From positions 94,582-158,581 of the forward strand of contig CAMEYM010000001.1 of the NCBI GenBank assembly GCA_945947575.1: a stretch of DNA of 64,000 nt, read 5' to 3'. The stretch comes from Rhizobium sp. Q54. Lineage in GTDB: Bacteria > Pseudomonadota > Alphaproteobacteria > UBA2966 > CAIVPW01. Under the pieces are notes generated by a model. It made no database searches. It saw only the letters and a list, made by a program, of their open reading frames with translations, and was not told the DNA's origin. Each line of letters starts with the position of its first letter. The first letter of the stretch is position 1. Shown piece after piece: positions 1-9,848 of this stretch. A program made the translations under genes and the position numbers.

Positions 1-300
1 CTGGGGCGTCGAGATGAAGACCTTCCCCTTAGCCTCGAGCTTGTCGAAGCTGTTGGCGCCGCCCTGGGCGCCGTAGGACACCTGGACGCGGTCGGCCTTC
101 AGCATCATGACGCCCTGGGTCGCGACAACCGCGCCGGCGAACGTCGCGGTGCGGCGGTCCTGCTGGACGTCGAGGGTGTTGGCGACGATCTCGATGGGCT
201 CGTTCAGGTTCACTTGCGGCGGCGCGATCTGCGCCACGGCAACGGCGGCGCTGAGCGTGAGCGCGGCCGCAACGAGCAGGCGTGCGGGAGCGAGCTTCAT
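1..300 (-). CDS. lptA: LPS transport periplasmic protein LptA, N-terminal part; the gene runs off the window start
   Basis: Reverse-strand translation from the ATG at 298-300 gives MKLAPARLLVAAALTLSAAVAVAQIAPPQVNLNEPIEIVANTLDVQQDRRTATFAGAVVATQGVMMLKADRVQVSYG..., a signal peptide plus OstA-like fold. Start overlaps the lptC stop (ATGA). Confidence 0.75.
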   Translation of the reverse strand, partial: MKLAPARLLVAAALTLSAAVAVAQIAPPQVNLNEPIEIVANTLDVQQDRRTATFAGAVVATQGVMMLKADRVQVSYGAQGGANSFDKLEAKGKVFISTPQ

Positions 301-980
301 CCGGCGGCACGCGGGTTCATGACGACGCGCACTCCGCCAGACAGCTGCAGGCGCTTGCCGTCAGCGGTGTAGATCATCGTGTCGGCGCGCATGGACCCGA
401 TCGGTCCGTGGCCTTCGACCGGGCGCGTGCTGCGTACCGTACCGTCGCCGAGGTTCACCACCGCTTCGGTGGCGTGCATCTCGTAGCCGACGTTCGAGTA
501 CACATCGATGATGCCGCCCAGGACCAGGACGCGGTCGGCGCGCCGGTACTCGCCGGTGTCGGCGGTGATCGACAGCCAGGTGCCGTCGCCGGTGGTGATG
601 TCGGCCTGCAGGGTGGTCAGCTCGAAGACCTCGAAGCCTTCCTTCTGCAAGGCGCGGTCGGCGGTGACGGTGAAGGGCCGGTTGGCCGAATCCGTGCCGG
701 CGAAGCGCGCCTTGGTGACGCCGAGGGCGCCCGTATTGTCGCGCTCGAGGTCGGCAAACGAGAAGCGGAACGACCCCTCCTCGCTGCCATAGATCTGCGG
801 CCACGCCAGGATCATGACGATCAGGGCCAGCGCTACTACGGGCAGGATGAACTTCATCGCGCCGACGAAGCGGCTGTAGCGGCGGCTGTTGCGCACGTCC
901 TGCATGCGCCGCCGCCCGAAGCCGATGCGCGGTTCGCCGGAAGGCTTTTCGGTGATGCCGCTCGGCGCGTCTACGGTCAT
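297..980 (-). CDS. lptC: LPS export system protein LptC
   Basis: 227-aa ORF with an N-terminal membrane anchor (MKFILPVVALALIVMILAW) and LptC/OstA-like beta-jellyroll. Translationally coupled (ATGA) to kdsD upstream and lptA downstream. Confidence 0.8.
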   Translation of the reverse strand: MTVDAPSGITEKPSGEPRIGFGRRRMQDVRNSRRYSRFVGAMKFILPVVALALIVMILAWPQIYGSEEGSFRFSFADLERDNTGALGVTKARFAGTDSANRPFTVTADRALQKEGFEVFELTTLQADITTGDGTWLSITADTGEYRRADRVLVLGGIIDVYSNVGYEMHATEAVVNLGDGTVRSTRPVEGHGPIGSMRADTMIYTADGKRLQLSGGVRVVMNPRAAG

Positions 981-2038
981 TCGTTGTCCCGGGTGCGCGC
1001 GTCCATATCGACGCCGGCGCGCAGGCAGTCGTGCACGTGCAGGATGCCAATAGGCTGGCCGTCCGTGCTGTTGTCATCGACGACGAACAGGCTGGTGATG
1101 CCGCGGCCCGAGTTGGCGACCGTCATCCAGCCGAGCGCGTCGGACGCCAGGCTGCTCTTGGCGATGGTCTTCGGGTTGGGCGTCATGACGTCGCGCGCTC
1201 GGCGGTCCAACAGGTCGCGCGACATGTGCCGGCGCAAGTCGCCGTCGGTGATGATGCCGACCAGGCGCGCCCGCTTGTCGGTCACGCCGACGCAGCCCAG
1301 GCTCTTGCGCGTCATCTCGATGAGGGTGTCGGCCATGCTGGTGTCTTCCGGCACCAGCGGCAGCGCCTCGCCCGTGCGGTACAGGTCGGAAACCCGCACC
1401 AGCTTGCGGCCGAGACGCCCGCCCGGGTGCAGCTCCTGGAAGCGCTCGCTGGAGAAGCCGTTGCGGTCCAGCAGCGCCACCGCCAGCGCGTCGCCGAGCG
1501 CCAGCATCATGGTGGTTGAGGTGGTCGGGGCGAGGCCCATCGGGCACGCCTCCGGGTGATTGGGGAGCACGAGCACTGCGTCCGCCGCGCGCGCCAGCGT
1601 CGATTCGGGGCGGCCGACCACGGCGATCAGCGGAATCGCGAAGCGCCGGCAGTGCGTGATGATGTCGGCGAGTTCCGCCGTCTCGCCGGAATTCGACAGG
1701 AGCACGACCGCGTCGCCCGGCGCGATCATGCCGAGGTCGCCGTGGCTCGCCTCGGCGGGATGGACGAACAGCGCCGGTGTGCCGGTGCTGGCGAAGGTCG
1801 CGGCGATCTTGCGTGCGACGTGGCCGCTCTTGCCCATGCCGCTGACTACGGCCCGGCCTTTGGCCGCGAACAACAGGTCGATGGCGCGTTCGAAGGCAGC
1901 GCCTAACCCGTCACCAAGGGCGGTCTCGATCGCCTTGACTGCGTCCGCCTCGATCTTGAGCACCCGCGCCGCCGCTGCCAGCGTCGTGCTGGTGCGGTTG
2001 GTCTTGGTCGCATTGGCGGTGCCGCGAGCAGGGTTCAT
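977..2038 (-). CDS. kdsD: Arabinose-5-phosphate isomerase (KpsF/GutQ family; SIS domain plus tandem CBS domains)
   Basis: 353 aa with the SIS motif VSGMGKSGHVARKIAATFASTGTPALFVHPAEASHGDLGMI and C-terminal CBS pair. Conserved kdsD-lptC-lptA order. Confidence 0.9.
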   Translation of the reverse strand: MNPARGTANATKTNRTSTTLAAAARVLKIEADAVKAIETALGDGLGAAFERAIDLLFAAKGRAVVSGMGKSGHVARKIAATFASTGTPALFVHPAEASHGDLGMIAPGDAVVLLSNSGETAELADIITHCRRFAIPLIAVVGRPESTLARAADAVLVLPNHPEACPMGLAPTTSTTMMLALGDALAVALLDRNGFSSERFQELHPGGRLGRKLVRVSDLYRTGEALPLVPEDTSMADTLIEMTRKSLGCVGVTDKRARLVGIITDGDLRRHMSRDLLDRRARDVMTPNPKTIAKSSLASDALGWMTVANSGRGITSLFVVDDNSTDGQPIGILHVHDCLRAGVDMDARTRDNE

Positions 2039-2193
2039 GGGGTCCCGAGAGGCCGGAAACGGCCGAAATCTGCGGGAACTATGGGCGGCGCCGCCTCAAA
2101 AAGCAAACGGCATGAGTCTTGCTGTACCGCCGCGCCGTTAACTACTTGTTAACGTTTGGGGCTAGCTGGGCCTCGAGCCGGTCCTGGGCGGGG

Positions 2194-2805
2194 CTAGTGG
2201 GCGAAGACGTCCATGTCGGCCCAACCGCCGAGATCGAGCTCGCTGCGGATGGGCAGGAAGGCGAAGGCGGCCTGGGCCAGGTGCAAGCGGTTCTCGCGGG
2301 CCAGCATGCGCTCGAGTTCGGCCTTCAGCCGGTGCAGATGCAGGACGTCAGAGCCGGCATAGGCGATCTGCTCCTCGGTCAGGGTATCGGCGCCCCAGTC
2401 CGAGGACTGCACCTGCTTGGACAGCTCGATGCCGAGCAGGTCCTTGCACAGGTCCTTGAGGCCGTGGCGGTCGGTGTAGGTGCGTGCCAGCTTGGAGGCG
2501 ATCTTGGTGCACCAGATCGGGCTCGCCAGGATGCCGAGGTAGTAGCGCAGCACGGCCACGTCGAAGCGCGCGAAATGGAACAGCTTGGTGACGTTGGGGT
2601 CGCCGAGCAGAGCCCGCAGGTTCGGCGCCGCGTACTCGCCCCGGCGCAGTTGCACCACATGGGCGTTGCCGTCGCCGGCCGAAAGCTGGACCAGGCACAG
2701 CCGGTCCCGCGCCGGCGCCAGACCCATGGTTTCGGTGTCGATGGCGACGGTGTCGCCCAATCGCAGGCCGGCCGGCAGATCGCCGCGGTGGAGAGTGACT
2801 GCCAC
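2194..2805 (-). CDS. rnd: Ribonuclease D-like 3'-5' exonuclease (DEDDy family)
   Basis: 203 aa with VAIDTETMGL...YAGSDVLHLHRL exonuclease motifs. Confidence 0.8.
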   Translation of the reverse strand: MAVTLHRGDLPAGLRLGDTVAIDTETMGLAPARDRLCLVQLSAGDGNAHVVQLRRGEYAAPNLRALLGDPNVTKLFHFARFDVAVLRYYLGILASPIWCTKIASKLARTYTDRHGLKDLCKDLLGIELSKQVQSSDWGADTLTEEQIAYAGSDVLHLHRLKAELERMLARENRLHLAQAAFAFLPIRSELDLGGWADMDVFAH

Positions 2806-2838
2806 CCGCTAGCGGGCCCCGTCGCGTGCTTGCTGCAG

Positions 2839-2926
2839 TGGTGCCCAGGAGAGGACTCGAACCTCCACGACCTCGCGGCCGCTAGTACCTGAAACTAGTG
2901 CGTCTGCCAATTCCGCCACCTGGGCA
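2839..2926 (-). tRNA. tRNA-Leu (anticodon CAG), type II with long variable arm
   Basis: 88-nt cloverleaf on the reverse strand: acceptor tgcccag/ctgggca plus CCA, anticodon stem ctagt/actag, loop ttCAGgt, T-arm GGTTCGAGTCC. Confidence 0.85.
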
Positions 2927-3071
2927 AAGGGGCTGTTTGCGAGGCTTCCCGGTACCCGTAGCAGGAGACGATGTCAACGATTGCGACGGGGAAGCTCAAG
3001 TCTCGCGACAGTACGCGCATGCGCTTGGCCGTTAGGAGCGGCTAGTATCCCGGCGCGCGGGGGGAGGGGAC

Positions 3072-4031
3072 ATGAGCGGCTTGGTGACGATCTTTGGCGG
3101 CTCGGGCTTCATCGGCCGCTATTTGGTGAAGCGTGTGGCCGCAGCCGGCTACCGTGTCCGCGTCGCCGTGCGCGATCCCGAGGCCGCGCTGTTCCTCAAG
3201 CCCATGGGCGCCGTCGGCCAGGTCGAGCTGGTTGCGGCCAACGTGCGCGACGACGCGTCCGTGGCGCGTGCCGTGCGCGGCGCCGACGCGGTGGTCTACC
3301 TGGTCGGCATCCTGGCCGAACGCGGCAAGCAGACCTTCAGCGCCGTGCACGCCGATGGCCCCGGCCGCGTCGCCCGGGCCGCCAAGGCCGCCGGCGCCAG
3401 CCGTCTGGTGCTGGTCTCGGCCCTCGGCGCCGACATCGCCGCCAAGTCGTGCTATGCGCGCACCAAGGCGGCGGGCGAGGGGCTGGTGCGCGGCGCGTTC
3501 CCGAATGCCACCATCGTACGCCCTTCGGTCGTTTTCGGTGACGAGGACGGCTTCCTCAATCGCTTCGGCGCCATCGCCGAGATCTCGCCGGTCCAGTTCG
3601 TCTTCGGCGGCGGCGAGGGCCCGCGCTTCCAGCCGGTATATGTCGGCGACGTCGCGGAGGCTTTGTTCCGTATCCTGGAGCGTCCTGAAACGGCCGCGCA
3701 GACGTTCGAGCTTGGCGGACCCGACGTGCTCAGCTGGCGCGCGCTCGTCGCGATGGCGCTGCGCGAGACCGGACGCAGGCGTGCCATCGTGCCGCTGCCC
3801 TGGCCGCTCGTCTCCCTGATGGCCACGGTCGGATCGGTCCTGCCGATGCCGAGACCCCTCAAGATCACCCGCGATCAGGTCCGCTCGCTGCGCCGCGACT
3901 CGGTCATCGCGGGCTATCAGCGCACGCTGCGCGACCTCGGCATCGCGCCGACGCCGATCGCGACGCTGGCGCCGGCGATTCTGTCGCGCTACCGCCGTAA
4001 CCTGGATGTTCCGAAGATCAGCGTCCTCTAG
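3072..4031 (+). CDS. NAD(P)H-binding protein of the complex I NDUFA9-like (NmrA/SDR atypical) family
   Basis: 319 aa. N-terminal Rossmann motif IFGGSGFIGRYLV and the length and organisation typical of the NDUFA9 / 39-kDa subunit-like family. Confidence 0.8.
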   Translation: MSGLVTIFGGSGFIGRYLVKRVAAAGYRVRVAVRDPEAALFLKPMGAVGQVELVAANVRDDASVARAVRGADAVVYLVGILAERGKQTFSAVHADGPGRVARAAKAAGASRLVLVSALGADIAAKSCYARTKAAGEGLVRGAFPNATIVRPSVVFGDEDGFLNRFGAIAEISPVQFVFGGGEGPRFQPVYVGDVAEALFRILERPETAAQTFELGGPDVLSWRALVAMALRETGRRRAIVPLPWPLVSLMATVGSVLPMPRPLKITRDQVRSLRRDSVIAGYQRTLRDLGIAPTPIATLAPAILSRYRRNLDVPKISVL

Positions 4032-4068
4032 GGTCTACGTGTCAGCGGTGTGTCGCGCCGCAGGCGCG

Positions 4069-4917
4069 CTACGCATAGACCGAGTAGAGCAGCGCCGCGC
4101 CGACCAGCAGGCGGTACAGGGCGAAGGGCGCGAGCGTGCCGCGCTTCAGCCACTGCATTAGGAAGGCGATCGCGGCCAGCGCGGCGACGAACGCAACGCC
4201 CGCGGCGATGGCGCCGTCGGTGCCCATCGCCCACCCTTGGGTGCGCGCCAGAGTCCACGAATGCCATGCCGCGAAGGCGAGGATCGGCACGACGCCGAGC
4301 AGCATGGCGAAGCGCGCCGCGTCCGTGCGCTCGAAGCCGAAGAGGCGCGCCGCCGTCATGGTGATGCCGATGCGTCCCGCCCCCGGCACCAGGGCGATGG
4401 CCTGGGCGAGACCGATCGCCAGCGCCGTGCCGCTACTCATGTGCTCGATGCGGCGCAGGGTCATGCCCATGCGGTCCGCCAGGAACAAGAGGGCGCCGAA
4501 TCCCACCATCGTCCAGCCGAGCATCAGCAGCGAGGTCTCGCCGTCCGGCTGCATGTCCAGCAGGATCAGCGCGACGCCGGCCGCGATCATCGGCACGGAG
4601 CCGATGAACAGTTTCACCGTCAGGCGCGCGCTGTCGCTCGAGCGGCCGATCGCCAGGTGATACGTGCCGATCACCGCCGACAGCAGCTCGCTATGGAAAT
4701 AGACCAGGACCGCCAGCACGGTGCCGAGATGCACCGGAATCATCAGGCGTTCCACGAGCGGGCCAAGAGGCAGGACGCGGCTTGCCAACGCCACATGGGC
4801 CTCGGAGCCGACGGGCAGGAATTCGGTGACGCTCTGGACGACAGCCAGAGCGACGATGTTCAAGAAATCCACGCGCCTGGCCCCACGCGGGAGAAGAGCA
4901 GGGAGAGTTTCGCCCAT
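4069..4917 (-). CDS. uppP: Undecaprenyl-diphosphate phosphatase (BacA/UppP)
   Basis: 282-aa polytopic membrane protein with the conserved VQSVTEFLPVGSEAH and PGAGRIGITMTAARLFG motifs. Confidence 0.9.
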   Translation of the reverse strand: MGETLPALLPRGARRVDFLNIVALAVVQSVTEFLPVGSEAHVALASRVLPLGPLVERLMIPVHLGTVLAVLVYFHSELLSAVIGTYHLAIGRSSDSARLTVKLFIGSVPMIAAGVALILLDMQPDGETSLLMLGWTMVGFGALLFLADRMGMTLRRIEHMSSGTALAIGLAQAIALVPGAGRIGITMTAARLFGFERTDAARFAMLLGVVPILAFAAWHSWTLARTQGWAMGTDGAIAAGVAFVAALAAIAFLMQWLKRGTLAPFALYRLLVGAALLYSVYA

Positions 4918-5030
4918 TGCAGCCGCGCACGCAATTCATGGTGGCCGTCTTGGTGACCCCTATCGCATCGATTGCGATGCGATGGTTGCCGCAACGGGCC
5001 GAAGGCCGGATGTGATGCACACACGTTTCG

Positions 5031-5085
5031 CTAGTCGCGGGACGCGCGCCTTCGGCTTGTTAGTCGCAGGACGCGCGCCTTCGGC
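5031..5085. repeat. Two tandem copies of a ~25-bp GC-rich unit (tagtcgcRggacgcgcgccttcggc) separated by 4 bp
   Basis: Direct reading of the uppP/GST intergenic sequence. Copies are 24/25 identical. Confidence 0.4.
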
Positions 5086-5147
5086 GCGACGGGGCGTGCG
5101 CCCGGCCCCGCCGCCCTGTAGATAAGAGCCGGCAGCACGGGAACTCG

Positions 5148-5816
5148 ATGCGCACGCTGTATCACGGCTGGCTTTCGCCCTTTTCGCGCAAGGTCCGCAT
5201 TGTCCTCGGCGAGAAAGGGCTGGAGTTCGATCTCGTCGTCGAGAAGGACTGGGAGCGCCGCCGCGAGTTCCTCATGCTCAACCCGGCCGGCACCGTGCCG
5301 GTGCTGGTCGAGGCCGACGGCGCGGTCTTTTCCGACACCAACGCCATCTGCGAGTACCTCGACGAGACGCATGCGCTGGGCACGCTGGCCGGCAGCGACG
5401 CCCGCGAGCGCGCCGAAGTGCGCCGCCTGGTCGCCTGGTTCGACCAGAAGTTCTATCGCGAGGTGACCAACAACCTCGTCGGCGAGAAGCTCTATAAGCG
5501 CTTCATGGGCATGGGGACGCCGGACTCGGGCGCCATCCGCGCCGGCCACGCCAACCTCGGCGCGCACCTCGAATACGTCGCCTGGCTGTGCGACCGCCGC
5601 ACCTGGCTGGCGGGCCCCACGTTCGGGCTGGCCGACGTCGCCGCTGCCGCCCAGATCAGCTGCGTGGACTACCTCGGCGACATCCCGTGGAACGACTTCG
5701 CCGGCGCCAAGGACTGGTACGCCCGCGTCAAATCGCGCCCGAGCTTCCGGCCGCTGCTCGCCGACTATATTCCCGGCCTGCCGCCGCCCAAGCACTACGC
5801 CAACCTGGATTTCTGA
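5148..5816 (+). CDS. Glutathione S-transferase family protein
   Basis: 222 aa. N-terminal thioredoxin-like GST domain (LYHGWLSPFSRKVRIVLGEKGLEF) and C-terminal helical GST domain. Confidence 0.85.
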   Translation: MRTLYHGWLSPFSRKVRIVLGEKGLEFDLVVEKDWERRREFLMLNPAGTVPVLVEADGAVFSDTNAICEYLDETHALGTLAGSDARERAEVRRLVAWFDQKFYREVTNNLVGEKLYKRFMGMGTPDSGAIRAGHANLGAHLEYVAWLCDRRTWLAGPTFGLADVAAAAQISCVDYLGDIPWNDFAGAKDWYARVKSRPSFRPLLADYIPGLPPPKHYANLDF

Positions 5817-5817
5817 G

Positions 5818-6945
5818 ATGGTCGCGCGGGACGCGCGCTTTGGTACCAGCGACGCCCGGGCCGCGATTCGGGCGCGGGCTCTGGCCGCTGGGTTCGACGC
5901 TGTCGGCTTCGCGCGTCCCCAATCGGCGGCCGCTGCGGGCGAGCGCCTGCGCCAGTTCCTCGCCGAAGGCCGCCACGGCGAGATGGCATGGATGGAGGAT
6001 CGCGCCGACTGGCGCGCCGACCCCACCGCGCTGTGGCCCGAGGCGAAAAGCGTGATCGTGTGCGCGCTCAACTACGGCGCGCCGGAGGCGACGACCGATC
6101 CCGGCCGCGGCGTCATCGCCACCTACGCTCGCGGCCGCGACTACCACGAGCTCTTGAAGGGCAAGCTCAAGTTCGTCGCCGACGCGATCACGGGTCCGCT
6201 CGGGGGCGACGTGAAGGTGTTCACCGATACCGCGCCGGTGCTCGAGAAGCCGCTCGCTGCCGCAGCGGGCCTCGGCTGGCAGGGCAAGCACACGAATTTG
6301 GTTTCTCGCACCTTCGGCTCGTGGCTCTTGCTCGGCGAGATCTTCACGACCCTCGACCTCGAACCCGACGCCCAAGAGTCCGACGCGTGCGGCACCTGCT
6401 CGCGCTGTCTCGAAGTGTGCCCGACTGCCGCGTTCCCGGCGCCCTACCAGCTCGACGCGCGCCGCTGCATCTCCTACCTGACCATCGAGTACGACGGGCA
6501 CATCGCCGACGAGTTCCGTGCCCCGATCGGCAACCGCATCTTCGGCTGCGACGATTGCCTCGCCGTGTGTCCGTGGAACAAGTACGCGCACACTGCCCAT
6601 GAGGCGAAGCTGCACCCGCGCGCCGAGACGACGTCGCCATCGCTCGCCGAACTCGCCGCATTGGACGACGCCACCTTCCGCAAACGCTTCGCCGGTACCT
6701 CCATCAAACGCACCGGCCGCGACCGCTTCGTCCGCAACGTCCTCATCGCCATCGGCAACTCCGCGGACGCCGCACTCGTCCCAGCCGCGCGCGTTCGTCT
6801 TACGGATTCCTCCCCGCTGGTTCGCGCGATGGCCGTGTGGGCGTTGGGGCGTCTTGATCCCGCCGCCTACGCGGCTGAACGCGCGCGAAGGGTGGCGACC
6901 GAATCCGACGAGGGCGTGCGCGCCGAATGGAACCGGGCCGCGTGA
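5818..6945 (+). CDS. queG: Epoxyqueuosine reductase QueG
   Basis: 375 aa with 4Fe-4S cysteine clusters (CGTCSRCLEVCPT, CDDCLAVCPWN) and QueG-specific N-terminal region. Confidence 0.9.
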   Translation: MVARDARFGTSDARAAIRARALAAGFDAVGFARPQSAAAAGERLRQFLAEGRHGEMAWMEDRADWRADPTALWPEAKSVIVCALNYGAPEATTDPGRGVIATYARGRDYHELLKGKLKFVADAITGPLGGDVKVFTDTAPVLEKPLAAAAGLGWQGKHTNLVSRTFGSWLLLGEIFTTLDLEPDAQESDACGTCSRCLEVCPTAAFPAPYQLDARRCISYLTIEYDGHIADEFRAPIGNRIFGCDDCLAVCPWNKYAHTAHEAKLHPRAETTSPSLAELAALDDATFRKRFAGTSIKRTGRDRFVRNVLIAIGNSADAALVPAARVRLTDSSPLVRAMAVWALGRLDPAAYAAERARRVATESDEGVRAEWNRAA

Positions 6946-7808
6946 GACTCTTCTGCTTCGGCCTCGGCTACAGCGCCCTGGGCCTCGCTGCCGAGCTGCT
7001 CGAAGAGGGCTGGCAAGTCGCCGGCACCTGCACCGGCGAAGAAAAGCAGGCGGCGTTGCGCGAGGCCGGCATCGACGCACATCTGTTCCGTCGCGATCAC
7101 CCGCTCGAACCTGCGGCACTCGCCGGCACGACTCATCTGTTGTCGAGCATTCCGCCCGATGACTTCGGCGACCCGGTGGTCGATGCTCACGCCGCCGATA
7201 TCGCCGATCTCGTGCCGCGCCTCGCCTGGGCCGGCTACCTGTCCACTACTGGCGTCTATGGCGACCGCGCCGGCGCGTGGGTCGACGAGACCGCCGACCT
7301 CGCGCCAACCGGTCCGCGCGGCGTGCGCCGCGTGCGCGCCGAGGCGGCGTGGTTCACCCTGCACACCGAGTCGAGCCTGCCGCTGCACATCTTCCGCATC
7401 GCCAGCATCTATGGCCCCGGCCGCAGCACCTTCGACCAGTTGCGCGCGGGCACGGCCCACCGCATCGACAAGCCAGGCCAGGTGTTCTCCCGCATCCACG
7501 TCGACGACCTCGTCGCCGTCCTGCGTGCGTCCATCGCGCGTCCGCACCCGGGCCGCGCCTACAACGTGTGCGATGACGAAGCAGCGCCGCCCGCCGTGGT
7601 CGTCGAGCACGCGGCGCGGCTGTTGGGCGTGGACCCGCCGCCGCTCGTGCCCTTCGCCGACGCCAAGCTCTCCGAGATGGCGCGCTCGTTCTACGCCGAG
7701 AACAAGCGGGTGCGGAACGACCGCATCAAGCAGGAGCTCGGCGTGCGCCTGCGCTACCCGACCTATCGCGAGGGGCTCGCCGCCCTGCTCGCCGAGGACT
7801 CGGCCTGA
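6927..7808 (+). CDS. NAD-dependent epimerase/dehydratase (SDR) family protein
   Basis: 293 aa with an SDR-like fold. Its 5' end overlaps the queG 3' end. Confidence 0.7.
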   Translation: MEPGRVRLFCFGLGYSALGLAAELLEEGWQVAGTCTGEEKQAALREAGIDAHLFRRDHPLEPAALAGTTHLLSSIPPDDFGDPVVDAHAADIADLVPRLAWAGYLSTTGVYGDRAGAWVDETADLAPTGPRGVRRVRAEAAWFTLHTESSLPLHIFRIASIYGPGRSTFDQLRAGTAHRIDKPGQVFSRIHVDDLVAVLRASIARPHPGRAYNVCDDEAAPPAVVVEHAARLLGVDPPPLVPFADAKLSEMARSFYAENKRVRNDRIKQELGVRLRYPTYREGLAALLAEDSA

Positions 7809-8626
7809 CGCACCAGCTCGTCGACCGCGCGCACGATGTGGCCGAGCTCGTGCGGCTTGGACATCCGGTGGCCGCCGCCCTTCACCAAGGTCAGCGTCGC
7901 GTCGTCGCAGTCGAGCTGCTCCAGCAGCTGCTGGGACAGCTGCCACGGCACCGCGCTGTCCGCCGTGCCGTGCAGCAGCCGCACCGGCTGGGCGATGGCG
8001 ACGCGATGCTTCAGCACCAGGTGCCGGCGCCCGTCCTCGATCAGCGCGCGCGTCACCACCGTCTCGCTGTCGCCTTCCGCCGACGGCCCGCGCCAGGGCG
8101 TGCCGCTCAGGATCTTCATGCGCCATTCGGTGTCGAAGGCGTCCCACATCAGCGTTTCAGTGAAGTCCGCCGCCGTGGCGATGCCCACCAGCCCGGCGAC
8201 GCGCTCCGCGCGCGCCAGGGCGACACGCACCATGATCCAGCCGCCCATGCTCGAGCCGACCAGGATCTGCGGACCGTCGGTCGCTCCGTCGATGATCGCC
8301 AGCGCGTCGCCGATCCACGTGGACAGCGTGCAGGACTCGAAGTCCCCGCCGGTCTCGCCGTGCCCCTGGTAGTCGAAGCGCACGTACGCGCGGCCGGCGG
8401 CCCGGCAGTACGCTTCCAGCGCCAGCGCCTTGGCGCCCTCCATCGACGAGCGATACCCGGTCAGGAACACCACGCCCGGGGATTTGCCGGGGATGCGGCG
8501 ATACGCAATAGTGACGTTGCCACTAGGCCCACCGCTGCCTGCCGGCGTCTCGCCGGGCTCGATGCGGCGGCGCAGGCGACTCACGGTAGCGGCCACGGGG
8601 GCGGGACTTCCTGGGACGGCTGCCAT
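7763..8626 (-). CDS. Alpha/beta hydrolase fold protein
   Basis: 287 aa with a nucleophile elbow GSSMGG and an HG oxyanion motif. Confidence 0.7.
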   Translation of the reverse strand: MAAVPGSPAPVAATVSRLRRRIEPGETPAGSGGPSGNVTIAYRRIPGKSPGVVFLTGYRSSMEGAKALALEAYCRAAGRAYVRFDYQGHGETGGDFESCTLSTWIGDALAIIDGATDGPQILVGSSMGGWIMVRVALARAERVAGLVGIATAADFTETLMWDAFDTEWRMKILSGTPWRGPSAEGDSETVVTRALIEDGRRHLVLKHRVAIAQPVRLLHGTADSAVPWQLSQQLLEQLDCDDATLTLVKGGGHRMSKPHELGHIVRAVDELVRQAESSASRAASPSR

Positions 8627-8641
8627 TGATCTTGGGCCAAA

Positions 8642-9841
8642 TTGACGTTCGCAAACACTAGCACCGCCCCGTCACACGCCGCCCAGGGTACTTCCGTGGC
8701 CGATGCCCCTGCCGTCCTGCAGGTGCTGCCCTCCATGAACGGAGGCGGCGTCGAGCGCGGCGTCATCGACGTCGCCGCGGCGCTTACTGCCGCCGGCTGG
8801 CGCGCCATCGTCGCCTCAAGCGGCGGTCCGCTGGTGCGCGAGCTCCTGCGTGCCGGCGCGATCCACGTGCAACTGCCCATCGAGGCGCGCAATCCGTTCC
8901 TGTTCGCGCGCAACGCGCGCCTCATCGGCGCGGTGGCGCGCGAGCACAACGTGTCGTTGATCCATGCGCGCAGCCGCGCCCCGGCCTGGGCGGCGCGCGC
9001 CGCGGCGCGCCGGCTCGACATTCCGTTCGTCACCACGTTCCACGGCTACTACAGCCACGCGAACCCGGCCAAGCGTTTCTACAACTCGATCATGATCAAG
9101 GGCGATCGCGTCATCGCCATCTCCGAGTTCATCGCCAAGCACATCCGCACGGTCTATCGCGTCAACGACGACCGCGTCGTGACGATCCCGCGCGGCGTCG
9201 ATCCCGTCGTGTTCGATCCCAGCGCTGTCAGCCCGCATCGTCTCGCGCGTCTCTCCAAGGCATGGCGCCTGCCCGACGGCCTCCCTGTCATCATGCTGCC
9301 GGGCCGGCTCGCGCGCTGGAAGGGCCAGCGCGTCCTGCTGGAAGCGCTGCCGCGTATGAAGCGGCGCGAGTTCGTCTGCATCATCGTCGGTGGCCGCAAG
9401 GGCCACGAGCGCTACCGAGCGGAACTCGAAGACCTGGTGGCCAAGCGCAAGCTCGAGTCGGTGGTGCGCTTCGTCGACCACGAGGCCGACATGCCGGCCG
9501 CCTACATGCTCGCCGACGTCGTCGTCTCGGCCAGCACCGAGCCGGAAGCCTTCGGCCGCGTCAGCGCCGAGGCCCAGGCGATGGGCCGCCCGGTGGTGGC
9601 CACCAGCCACGGCGGCACCATGGAGACGGTGGTCCCGGGTGAGACCGGATGGCTCGTGCCGCCCAACGATCCCGACCTGTTGGCGATGTACCTCGACCAG
9701 GCCCTCGATCTAGACATCGCCGCCCGCGAGCTGTTGGCGCGGCGCGCCCGCACCCACATCCTGCGCAACTTCAGCCTGCAAGGCATGTGCGCCTCGACCC
9801 TCGACGTCTACCGCAGCGTCCTAAAGAACCGGCGAGCGTAA
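8642..9841 (+). CDS. Glycosyltransferase family 4 (LPS core / RfaG-like). Annotated from the TTG at 8642; the true start is probably the internal GTG near 8696.
   Basis: N-terminal LQVLPSMNGGGVERG motif typical of GT4 and a C-terminal EX7E-like region. Adjacent to the heptosyltransferase gene. Confidence 0.8.
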   Translation: MTFANTSTAPSHAAQGTSVADAPAVLQVLPSMNGGGVERGVIDVAAALTAAGWRAIVASSGGPLVRELLRAGAIHVQLPIEARNPFLFARNARLIGAVAREHNVSLIHARSRAPAWAARAAARRLDIPFVTTFHGYYSHANPAKRFYNSIMIKGDRVIAISEFIAKHIRTVYRVNDDRVVTIPRGVDPVVFDPSAVSPHRLARLSKAWRLPDGLPVIMLPGRLARWKGQRVLLEALPRMKRREFVCIIVGGRKGHERYRAELEDLVAKRKLESVVRFVDHEADMPAAYMLADVVVSASTEPEAFGRVSAEAQAMGRPVVATSHGGTMETVVPGETGWLVPPNDPDLLAMYLDQALDLDIAARELLARRARTHILRNFSLQGMCASTLDVYRSVLKNRRA

Positions 9842-9848
9842 GGAGCGG

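Noticed and set aside
5031-7119. Long ORFs in the supplied track antisense or out of frame to GST/queG (e.g. 5728-7119 minus 463 aa, 5031-6071 minus 346 aa)
   Set aside because: They are Arg/Ala/Gly-rich with no motifs and have the typical high-GC alternative-frame pattern. The opposite strand encodes well-supported GST and QueG.
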